From: Gammaproteobacteria bacterium
Lineage (GTDB): Bacteria > Pseudomonadota > Gammaproteobacteria > Ga0077536
DNA length: 64,000 bases
Direction: 5' to 3'
NCBI GenBank assembly: GCA_016874535.1
Contig: VGUA01000003.1
Coordinates: forward strand, 4,221 to 68,220
Part shown: piece by piece, positions 8,346-16,253 of the stretch
How positions within the stretch are numbered: position 1 is the stretch's first letter
Layout of the letters: each line of letters opens with the position of its first letter
Notes under the pieces: generated by a model
What the model was told of the DNA's origin: nothing
The model's input: the letters and a program-made list of their open reading frames with translations, nothing else
Database searches by the model: none
Translations under genes and position numbers: made by a program

Positions 8346-10339
8346 TCACGATGCGACGGGAGACACAGGAGCTCGCGCGTTCGCAATTGTGGTGGTGCCT
8401 CGCGAGCCTCATCGCTGCAATCGCGCCCCATGTACCGCGACTCTCGCCCGGCATCACCGCCTGCTTCGTGGTGCTCGCCGGATGGCGCATGCTCGCCGCC
8501 TGGCAGTATCTGCCGTTGCCGGATCGGCGCCACAAGGCCTTGTGGTGGTTGAAGCAGTTTCTGGCGCTCGCGGCGTCTCTCGCCGTGTATATCGCCTACC
8601 GCGGGCAGATTGGTCGTGATGCGGGCGTGGCGCTGCTGGCAACCCTGATGGGACTCAAGCTCATCGAGCTGCAGGCGACCCGCGATTTCTACATCGTGAC
8701 GTTTCTCGCCTACTTCCTCGTGGTGACCAACTTCTTCTATTCCCAGACCGTGTTCACGGCGGTCTACATGCTGGGCGTGGTGGTGCTCATCACCGCCACG
8801 CTCATCCGCTTCAACACTTCACCCACCGTCTTTTCCGGACAGGCCTGTCTGCGTCTCGGGGCCCGCATGGTGTTGCAGGCCGTGCCCATCATGCTCATCG
8901 CTTTCGTGTTGTATCCGCGCATTCCGGGCCCCCTCTTCGGCCTGCCCAAGGATGCTTACGACGCGGTCACCGGGCTCAGCGACACCATGACCTTGGGCGA
9001 GATCACGCGTCTCGGGGCCAGCGATGAAATCGCCTTCCGCGTCGATTTTGCTGGCAAGGTTCCACGCGCCGCAGACATGTACTGGCGCGGGCCGGTGCTG
9101 TGGCAGACGGATGGCCGCACCTGGCGGGCTGGCCCGATTGCAGAGGGCAAGGCACCCGAGGTGGAAGGACTGGAGGAGCGCTATCGCTACACCGTGCTGC
9201 TGGAACCCACGGACGAACACTGGCTGATTGGTCTCGATGCGGTGCTGGATGCCGGCAAGGTGGCGCGCACAGGGCCGGATCTCAGCCTGCATGCCACGAC
9301 CCCGGTGCGCAAACGCCTGCGCTACACCCTGGAATCCGCGACCCGCTGGCGCCTGATGGCACTCACGGAGGCCGAGCGAACTGCGGCACTGCAACTGCCG
9401 GCAGTGGCGCATCCGCGGGCCCGCGCGCTGGCTGCCGAGTGGCGTGATGAAACCGCCACACCACGCGCACTGGTGGAGCGCGCACTGGCTTTCTATCGCG
9501 AAGATTTCGTCTACACACTGCTGCCGGAGGCGCTCAGCGGAGATGCCATCGACAGCTTCCTGTTCGAAACCCGCGAAGGCTTTTGCGAGCACTTTGCGGG
9601 CAGCTTCGTGGTGCTGATGCGCGCGGCCGGAGTTCCCGCACGCGTGGTCACCGGCTGCCAAGGTGGTGAATTCAACAACCTCAGTGACTACTTCATGATC
9701 CGCCAGCGCGATGCCCACGCCTGGGCGGAAGTGTATCTGCCGCAGGAGGGTTGGGTGCGCGTGGATCCCACCGCGGTGGTGGCGCCCTCGCGGCTTTCAC
9801 TCGGCATCGAGTCGGTGACCGGGGCGCGTACGCAGCTGCCGCTTTTTGAAGCCAATGAAACTGCGGTGCGCGCGCTGCGCAGTCTGCGGGCGGCCTGGGA
9901 TGCGGTGAACTATCAGTGGTCGCAATGGGTGCTGGGCTATACCCCGCAGCGGCAGCTCGAATTTCTGTCCTGGCTGGGTTTTGTCGAGGCAGATCTCACC
10001 GGCATGACCACAGCGTTGGCGCTTACCGTGGCCGCGATGGTGCTGGTGCTGGCCTGGGTGACGCGGCGCTCACGCACGCTTGAGGATGCGGTGCTGCGGG
10101 ACTACCGACGGTTTTGCGCAAGGCTCGCCGGCATTGGTTTGCCACGCGCCGCGCATGAGGGGCCGCTGGCGTATGCCGAGCGTATTGGTGAGGTGCGCCC
10201 GGACCTCACGCCGCAGGTTGAACACATCACACGGCTTTATACGGGACTGCGTTACAGCGATGTGCCGCTGGACCGCAGCCTGCTCGCGCGTGCCGTATCG
10301 CGCTTCCGGCCCAGCGCCTCGCGAAAGACTGCACGCTGA
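8342..10339 (+). CDS. transglutaminase-domain membrane protein (TgpA-like)
   Basis: ATG 8342 overlaps the DUF58 stop (ATGA). N-terminal multi-TM region followed by a transglutaminase core: GFCEHFAGSFVVLMRAAGVPARVV (Cys), RDAHAWAEVYL (His), WVRVDP (Asp). Confidence 0.85.
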   Translation: MITMRRETQELARSQLWWCLASLIAAIAPHVPRLSPGITACFVVLAGWRMLAAWQYLPLPDRRHKALWWLKQFLALAASLAVYIAYRGQIGRDAGVALLATLMGLKLIELQATRDFYIVTFLAYFLVVTNFFYSQTVFTAVYMLGVVVLITATLIRFNTSPTVFSGQACLRLGARMVLQAVPIMLIAFVLYPRIPGPLFGLPKDAYDAVTGLSDTMTLGEITRLGASDEIAFRVDFAGKVPRAADMYWRGPVLWQTDGRTWRAGPIAEGKAPEVEGLEERYRYTVLLEPTDEHWLIGLDAVLDAGKVARTGPDLSLHATTPVRKRLRYTLESATRWRLMALTEAERTAALQLPAVAHPRARALAAEWRDETATPRALVERALAFYREDFVYTLLPEALSGDAIDSFLFETREGFCEHFAGSFVVLMRAAGVPARVVTGCQGGEFNNLSDYFMIRQRDAHAWAEVYLPQEGWVRVDPTAVVAPSRLSLGIESVTGARTQLPLFEANETAVRALRSLRAAWDAVNYQWSQWVLGYTPQRQLEFLSWLGFVEADLTGMTTALALTVAAMVLVLAWVTRRSRTLEDAVLRDYRRFCARLAGIGLPRAAHEGPLAYAERIGEVRPDLTPQVEHITRLYTGLRYSDVPLDRSLLARAVSRFRPSASRKTAR

Positions 10340-10348
10340 GCGTTGATC

Positions 10349-11503
10349 TCAGGCGCGCTGGATGATCCGCTCATAAACGCCGGCATAAGCGTCCATCATC
10401 GCCGACAGGCTGAACTGCCGCTCCGCCCGCAGCCGGGCCGCATCACCGTGGCGCTGGCGCAGATCCGGCGCCCGCGCATAAGCCGCGAGCTTGTCACTCA
10501 AGCCCGCCACATCGCCCGGCGCAAAGAAGCTACCTTCCACGCCTTCATCGATGAGTTCCACATTGCCGCCCACGCGAGTGGCAAGGATCGGAAGCCCGCT
10601 CGCCATCGCTTCCAGCAAGGTGTTGGAAATCCCTTCGTTCAGGGAGGGCAGCACGAAGACCTCCATCGCCTGCAGCAGCTCCGGGATGCGATCGCTGGGT
10701 CCGGTGAAGAGCACATGCGCGCTGATACCAAGTGATTCGGCCAATTGCCTGAGAGTTGCGTCAAGCGGACCTTCGCCTGCGATGAGCAGTGCGGGCGGCA
10801 CCCCATCATGGGCGGACAGCAGCGCGGCGAAGGCGCGCAGGAGCGTCGCCTGATCCTTCACCGCCTGCAGCCTGCCGACGGTTCCTATGATCAGCCGCGC
10901 AGGATCCCGCAGGGCCTCCGGCAACGCGGCCCTCGCGACACCCGCCGCGGAATGGAAGCGTGTGGTATCCACCCCGTTGTGGATGCAGGTCACGGCAGAC
11001 TGGGCCACATCCAGCTCGCGGGTGAGATAGCGCCCCAGATCGTTGGACACCGCAATGTAGTGCGAGACGAGCGGCCGATGCAGCCTGCGCAGCAAACGCG
11101 GCTTCAGGGCCTGGCCCTGGAGGTTGTCCACATCCCACCCATGCTCGCTGTGCACGCAGCGCACGCCGGCGAGACGCGCCGGCAGCAGGGCATCGAGACC
11201 GGACAGATTGCGAGTATGGACCAGCGCGGGGCGCAGACGCCGGATCAGTGAAAACAGCGCGCGACGCATCGCCCATACGCCCACGTGGCTGCGATGCAAG
11301 GCCACCAGCGGCACGTCGGCCTGCGTGATGCGGGCGGCGAAGGCGGGCGAATAGTCCTCGATGCAGGCAATGGCGTGCCGGAAGCGCGAGGCCGGCATGT
11401 GATTCACGAGATTGACCAGACCGTTCTCCATGCCCCCGATGTGCAGGGCGTGCAGCACATGCAGGATGAGCGGGCGGGGATCTTCTGGAGTCATCAGGGC
11501 CAT
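10349..11503 (-). CDS. family 4 glycosyltransferase (resembles the PEP-CTERM/EpsH1-associated sugar transferase type)
   Basis: LILHVLHALHIGGMENGLVNLVNHMP at the N-terminus; C-terminal EGISNTLLEAMASGLPILATRVGGNVELI (E-x7-E). Confidence 0.8.
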   Translation of the reverse strand: MALMTPEDPRPLILHVLHALHIGGMENGLVNLVNHMPASRFRHAIACIEDYSPAFAARITQADVPLVALHRSHVGVWAMRRALFSLIRRLRPALVHTRNLSGLDALLPARLAGVRCVHSEHGWDVDNLQGQALKPRLLRRLHRPLVSHYIAVSNDLGRYLTRELDVAQSAVTCIHNGVDTTRFHSAAGVARAALPEALRDPARLIIGTVGRLQAVKDQATLLRAFAALLSAHDGVPPALLIAGEGPLDATLRQLAESLGISAHVLFTGPSDRIPELLQAMEVFVLPSLNEGISNTLLEAMASGLPILATRVGGNVELIDEGVEGSFFAPGDVAGLSDKLAAYARAPDLRQRHGDAARLRAERQFSLSAMMDAYAGVYERIIQRA

Positions 11504-11681
11504 GTCAGGGATGTCTGGTGATTACCTTGGGATTATTCGGGGACTATCTGGGGCACGTCTCGGCGTGCATCGATCAGGGGCTTCCAGCATAGCGGCTGTC
11601 GTGCCGTGCCCTGAATGCCCGTTGACCTGTCGCGCAGGTCTACCCACCATGGGGCCCTCCCGGCATTGGCAGAACGGCCCC

Positions 11682-12164
11682 ATGAATCAGCATCCCATCT
11701 CCTATCACGGCCTCGATCACCTCGTGCTCAGGGTGAGTGATATCACACGAACCCTGGACTTCTACACCCGGGTGCTCGGCATGCATCTGGAGCGGATCAT
11801 CGAGGATCTGCAGATCTACCAGCTGCGCTGCGGGCGCAATCTCATCGACCTGCAGGTGATGCCTGCCGGTACGGCGCTGGCTGCGCCCAACCAACGTGGA
11901 ATCGACCACGTATGCCTGCTGGTGCAGGGAGACTTCACCGCGATAGTCGAACATCTGAAGCACGAGGGAGTGCGGATCACTTTTGGGCCGGTGGAGCTCT
12001 ACGGGGCCACGGGCTTCGGGACCTCGGTGTACGTGCTCGATCCGGATGGCCATACGCTTGAGCTGAAAGCGGATCACGCTGTCTTCCCGTTGCGCACCAC
12101 CGGACGGGATGCCTTCGCCACACTCACCCGGCCTCCCGTGAACCCTCGCGCCACAACCGACTGA
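11682..12164 (+). CDS. VOC (glyoxalase/bleomycin-resistance/dioxygenase) family protein
   Basis: MNQHPISYHGLDHLVLRVSDITRTLDFYTRVLGM...IDHVCLLV...VYVLDPDGHTLEL. I chose the ATG at 11682 rather than ORF-track 11412. Confidence 0.8.
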   Translation: MNQHPISYHGLDHLVLRVSDITRTLDFYTRVLGMHLERIIEDLQIYQLRCGRNLIDLQVMPAGTALAAPNQRGIDHVCLLVQGDFTAIVEHLKHEGVRITFGPVELYGATGFGTSVYVLDPDGHTLELKADHAVFPLRTTGRDAFATLTRPPVNPRATTD

Positions 12165-13002
12165 GCCCGCTGCGCCCCACATAGCGCAGGCCGGCAACAA
12201 AGCCGGCCGCAATCCACAGCAGATCCCGGGCCCGCCGGACTACCGCCACCAGCACGCCGAGACTCTGGCTACCCGTGACGATGCCAACCACCAGCACGAA
12301 ACTGCCATCCACCACCCCCAGGCCCGAGGGGATGAAGAACGCCGCGGTGCGCACGAGCTGGACGGCGGCCTCCACCACCCAGGCCTCCTGCAAGGTCACG
12401 GGATTGTCCGCGGCGGCAAGGATGATCCAGATCTCCACAATCCCCGCGAGCCAGGTCACCAGCGCCAGCAACACGATGCCCACAAAGCGACGCGGGGCGC
12501 CGCGGTAGCACGCGGCCAGCTGATCATCGAACTGCGCGAGCCCCGCGAGCGCCTTGGCCACCCGGGGATGTTCGGCGCGTCGGGCCGTGAGCCGCTCGAA
12601 CAAAGGCGCGGTCCGTGCCTGCTGCACAACCGCCATCAGCAGGATGGAAACAGCAAAGAAAGCCAGCCCCAGACCTGCCACAGTGCGATAAGCAGTCGAA
12701 AAACGCGGATCTGCCAGCATGAAAGCAAAACCGGCGGCGAGAAAAATCACCAGTGCGATGAGATTGGCGGTCTTCGCCACCAGGAAAGCGACACCGGACT
12801 GGGTGTAATCGATACCCAGATGATCCCGCAGCAGCTTGGCCTTGATGGGCTCGCCCCCGACGGATGCCAGGGGCAAGGCGTTGTTGTAGGCCTCGCCTAT
12901 GAGGCGGATGAGATAGAACTCGGCGTTGTGGCGCAGGGCAGCTGGACCTTGGCCGAAGGTGCTGTGCATCACATGGCGTTTCAAGTGGATACCCAAGCGC
13001 AA
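12124..13002 (-). pseudogene. UPF0104 / lysylphosphatidylglycerol-synthase-TM-like (flippase-like) membrane protein, apparently 5'-truncated
   Basis: Family-like sequence begins only at ...ALRHNAEFYLIRLIGEAYNNALPLASVGGEPIKAKLL. The N-terminal TM helices usual for the family are missing, and the first ~15 codons overlap the dioxygenase fragment on the other strand. Confidence 0.5.
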
Positions 13003-13254
13003 CAGGGCGCAATCAAGGCCGCGCTGGAGGGCATGGGCTACACGGACACGTCCGACGTGAAGGACCGCGGCTACTTTGATTCCATCTATGTGCGCACACC
13101 GGGCGGCGCCCTCTTCGAGGCGACTGTCTCACACGAGGATGGCTTCCTCTGCGACGAACCGGCCGACCGCTTGGGTCAGGAAGTGATGGTGTCGCCGCAG
13201 TTCCAGGAAAGCCGCGCGGCGCTGGTGGCCCAACTGGGGGTTTTGAGGGACTGA
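12950..13254 (+). pseudogene. C-terminal fragment of a ring-cleaving dioxygenase (VOC family)
   Basis: ...GAVHHMAFQVDTQAQQGAIKAALEGMGYTDTSDVKDRGYFDSIYVRTPGGALFEATVSHEDGFLCDEPADRLGQEVMVSPQF... matches only the last ~100 aa of such enzymes. There is no start codon or N-terminal domain; the upstream part of ORF 12568..13254 is antisense to the flippase-like gene. Confidence 0.55.
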
Positions 13255-13278
13255 GGATTGGGTGGGTCGGCTGTGGCA

Positions 13279-13509
13279 ATGACCAAGCTTTTCAAGTACC
13301 GGAACTCACAGGCTGTGCAGATTCCCGCCGAACTCGCCTATACCAGCTGGGACATGGAACTTGTCATAGAAGAAGAGGGCGATGAGTTGCGTATCCGTCC
13401 GGCACGCAGGCGTATGGGTGACGTGCTCGGCAAGCTGGCGCAGTTCTCCCCCAACTTCATGAGCGAGGGTCGCGGCACGCACGCCGAAAGTGAGCGTGGG
13501 CCGCTTTGA
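13279..13509 (+). CDS. vapB: AbrB/SpoVT-fold antitoxin, VapB/VagC type (no cognate toxin)
   Basis: MTKLFKYRNSQAVQIPAELAY...ELVIEEEGDELRIRPA...FSPNFMSEGR fits the VagC pattern (looped-hinge-helix N-terminus, C-terminal ...DFM.ER...). No PIN-domain ORF follows. Confidence 0.7.
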   Translation: MTKLFKYRNSQAVQIPAELAYTSWDMELVIEEEGDELRIRPARRRMGDVLGKLAQFSPNFMSEGRGTHAESERGPL

Positions 13510-13810
13510 AATCAAGGACATCAGACCAACCCCGAAACCGCCATTCTCTGTAAACTATTGGTCCGAGAAATCCAAGCAGGTCAATTTTATCGATCATTCC
13601 CCCAAACATGATTCGCATCTCCTTTTACAAATATGTGATTTCCATGTCGGATTTTCCGTTTCTCCATCGACTTCCCATTTGCGGGCCTGACTATAACTGA
13701 GGTTATTCGCGTCTTGAACTCTTGGCGCTCAATGGAGGCAAGCCCGTCAATGGCGTTGCAAGGCAGGATGCGTTCGAAGGTCTTTTTGCAACGTGCTGAG
13801 AGGGCACGCC

Positions 13811-15070
13811 TCAAACCCGCCCCTTACGCCTCAGCTCATCCAACCGCCCATCCTCCACCAAGGTTCCACTGGCACGGAGCGCTGCGACGCGCTCATCCGT
13901 ATAGCCAAGATATTCCCGCAGGATTTCCGCGTTGTGCTCGCCAAGGTATGGCGCGCGGAACGGGATTTCGGTTGAGACGGTCGAGAAGTGGAAGGGCATT
14001 CGCGCCACCGGCGTCACACCGAGATCCGGATGGGTGAGTTCCTGGAACAGGCCGCGCGCCTTGATCTGGGGATGGTTAGGCACCTCGTCGATATTGAGGA
14101 TAGGGGCAGACGGCACGTGCACGTCGGCGAGTTTCCGCAGCGGGGTCGCATCATCCGGCTGGCTTTTGAGCCAGGCCTCCACTATTTCGCGCACCTCTGG
14201 TCGCACGCTGCATCGCGCTTCCTGCGTCGCATAGCGTGGGTCATGTTCCAGCTCGGGGCGCCCCATCGCCCGCACCAGTGGTCCCCATTGATGCTGCATC
14301 ACGGCCAGTACCACATAACCTTCGCGTGACCGGTACACCCCATACGGGCAGATGCTGTAGAAATCCCCGCCGAAGCGATGTGGCTTGATGCGCCCTTCGC
14401 TCATCATGGACACGGGAAAGTTGATGTAATCCAGATACACCAGCGCCTCGAGTTGGGAGACATCGATGTACTGGCCCTCGCCCTGCAGTGCGCGGTGATA
14501 GAGCGCAGCGCAGATGGCGAGCGCGCCATGCACGCCCGCGTTCGGATCACCGATGTAATTGCCCACATATTGCGGCGGCCCGTCCGGCTCGCCGGTCATG
14601 GCCATCACGCCGCTTTGCGCCTGGGCGATGATGTCGAAGCTGCGGAAATCCGCGTACGGCCCTTCCTGTCCAAAGCCGGAAATCGAACACATGATGAGCT
14701 TGGGGTTGAGTGCCTTGAGTGAGGCGTAGTCCAGCCCATATTTCGCCATCACGCCGGGGCTGTAGTTCTCCACCACCACATCCACCTGCTGCACGAGTTC
14801 GTAGAGGATGCTCTGTGCCGCCGGATCCCGGAATTCGAGCGCGAGACTCTTCTTGCCTGCGGAGGTTGCGAGAAAGAAGCCGCTGATGCCGGGCGCCACA
14901 TGATGAATCTTGCGGCCCAGATCTCCGTCTGGCGTGCGTTCCACCTTGATGACCTCGGCCCCGAAATCCGCCAGCAGGCGGGTGGCCGCGGGCCCGGCCA
15001 GGTACTGCGTGAAATCCAGCACCTTCACGTTGGACAGCATCTTCTTGAACAGGGGGTGGGTGGTATTCAT
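13811..15070 (-). CDS. family III CoA-transferase (CaiB/BaiF)
   Basis: 419 aa: ...VKVLDFTQYLAGPAATRLLADFGAEVIKVE..., DVVVENYSPGVMAKYGLDY. Confidence 0.9.
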   Translation of the reverse strand: MNTTHPLFKKMLSNVKVLDFTQYLAGPAATRLLADFGAEVIKVERTPDGDLGRKIHHVAPGISGFFLATSAGKKSLALEFRDPAAQSILYELVQQVDVVVENYSPGVMAKYGLDYASLKALNPKLIMCSISGFGQEGPYADFRSFDIIAQAQSGVMAMTGEPDGPPQYVGNYIGDPNAGVHGALAICAALYHRALQGEGQYIDVSQLEALVYLDYINFPVSMMSEGRIKPHRFGGDFYSICPYGVYRSREGYVVLAVMQHQWGPLVRAMGRPELEHDPRYATQEARCSVRPEVREIVEAWLKSQPDDATPLRKLADVHVPSAPILNIDEVPNHPQIKARGLFQELTHPDLGVTPVARMPFHFSTVSTEIPFRAPYLGEHNAEILREYLGYTDERVAALRASGTLVEDGRLDELRRKGRV

Positions 15071-15290
15071 GGCGATATCCGGAGGAGGAAAGCTTGGGGG
15101 ATGTTCTCAGGTTTTGCGCCGCCATGGCAGATTGGTGCGGGGTGCGGGATTGGAACCTCCCCGCACTGAGGGCTTATCTGGCTGGTACGACATCGGTTGC
15201 CGGGGGCACTGGGGTGGAAGAAAGGCTTGAAGACCGGCAGGAATTGCGCGAACGTGGTCAGGCCCTGCAGCAGATGCGCGAAGCGATCCC

Positions 15291-15706
15291 ATGAATAAAA
15301 CCCCTTACCACCTCACCCTTGCGGCGATGCTTTGCTTTTGATGGGCGGCGCCCAGGCGGAAAAACCGTCGCAGGATCCGCTTACCGAGGGCAAATCACGC
15401 TACATGAAGGATTGCGCCGCGTGTCATGGTGCGACCGGCGTGGGCGATGGTCCGGTAGCCGGGGCGCTGCACAAGGCGCCGTCTGGTCTCACGCACCTCG
15501 CGGCCCGCAATGACGGGGAGTTCCCGACGGATTACGTGCGCCGCGTGGTAGACGGGCGGGATCTCCAGCAGTTGGCCCACGGCAGTGTGGAAATGCCGGT
15601 ATGGGGCAACCAGTACCGCAGCTCATTGCTGGCGCTCTCGGAACAGCACGTCCAGCGCAAGATCAATGCGCTGGTCGTTTATCTCCAGTCCATTCAGGCC
15701 AAATAG
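15291..15706 (+). CDS. small c-type cytochrome (signal peptide in a different frame: frameshift or sequencing error)
   Basis: Haem motif CAACH and distal EMPVWG in ORF 15332..15706. ATG 15291 encodes MNKTPYHLTLAAMLCF and then hits TGA at 15339. One extra T in the T4 run at 15336-15339 would give MNKTPYHLTLAAMLCFLMGGAQA/EKP, a good Sec signal. Confidence 0.75.
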
Positions 15707-15731
15707 CCCCGGTAAATAATCCGGGCGGCGC

Positions 15732-16253
15732 TCAGCCGCCCTCACACACCAGCTTCTGTACGCGCTCGAAGGCCTGCTCGGCCAGCGCCTGCATCTCCGC
15801 ATCCGTCCGATCCTGGATGGGATGGGCGACGAAGAGACTGTCGGGATGGAAGCCCAGCGCATCGCCCTGCGACTGCGCCGCGCCCCGAAACACTTCCGAA
15901 GCGATAAAGCCCCCTGGAATGCCGCGACTGTCGAGTTCCCTGATGTCATGCAAACTGCACGACGTACAGGAGCCTCAGTCAGCCAGAGCTTCCACCACCA
16001 CATCCACTTTGCCGGCAATCTCCTGAATGAGCGGGAGCGGTGCCGGTTTGGTGAAGGTGGGTTTCTTGAAGCGGAGAGTCTTCACGCCGCGCGACTGGAA
16101 GAGCGTTTCCAGGCGGTCGAGGAACACATCGCCGCGGGCCTTGGAAATATCGAGCAATCCAACGGTGAGTCCCGCCAGACTTGCAGGCTTGGCCAGCGGC
16201 AGTCTCTGTGCGGGCGAGAGCTCTCCCGTGGGATCGAGCAAGAGGGTGCTCAT
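15732..16253 (-). CDS. UGSC-type selenoprotein (TGA 15977..15975 read as selenocysteine, residue 93 of 173)
   Basis: ORFs 15975..16307 and 15732..15953 share a frame and are separated by TGA plus 7 sense codons. Read-through gives ...VVEALAD-U-GSCTSCSLHDIREL.... A SECIS-like hairpin begins 11 nt downstream. ATG 16253 overlaps the upstream stop (ATGA). Confidence 0.75.
15939..15970 (-). promoter_or_regulatory. SECIS-like mRNA hairpin
   Basis: The minus-strand RNA after the UGA is GGCU CCUG UAC GUCGUGC AGUUU GCAUGAC AU CAGG. The upper stem is 7 bp (one G.U) with a 5-nt loop containing GU (15963..15945). The lower helix is CCUG/CAGG. The upper stem starts exactly 11 nt after the UGA. Confidence 0.6.

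Noticed and set aside
13587-13814. 75-aa minus-strand ORF in the AT-rich tract. I briefly considered its ...CKKTFERILP... segment as a PIN-toxin C-terminal remnant.
   Set aside because: The resemblance is a handful of residues. It has a TTG start, and the rest of any such toxin would have to lie inside the intact CoA-transferase gene. Most likely non-coding.
15135-15166. Perfect 8-bp hairpin GTGCGGGG-N16-CCCCGCAC between the CoA-transferase and cytochrome genes. I considered it as a tRNA fragment, an att site or a terminator.
   Set aside because: It has no T-loop or acceptor features and no U-tract. It lies upstream of both divergent genes, so it is not a terminator. It also falls inside the candidate small ORF. 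There is not enough evidence to call anything.
15327-15343. Programmed ribosomal frameshifting as an explanation for the frameshifted genes, for example a prfB-like CUU UGA at the cytochrome gene.
   Set aside because: The required shift at the cytochrome gene is -1, not +1, and there is no slippery heptamer (C UUU UGA does not allow re-pairing). The other sites also lack slippery sequences or stimulatory structures. Simple indels in short repeats explain all four.
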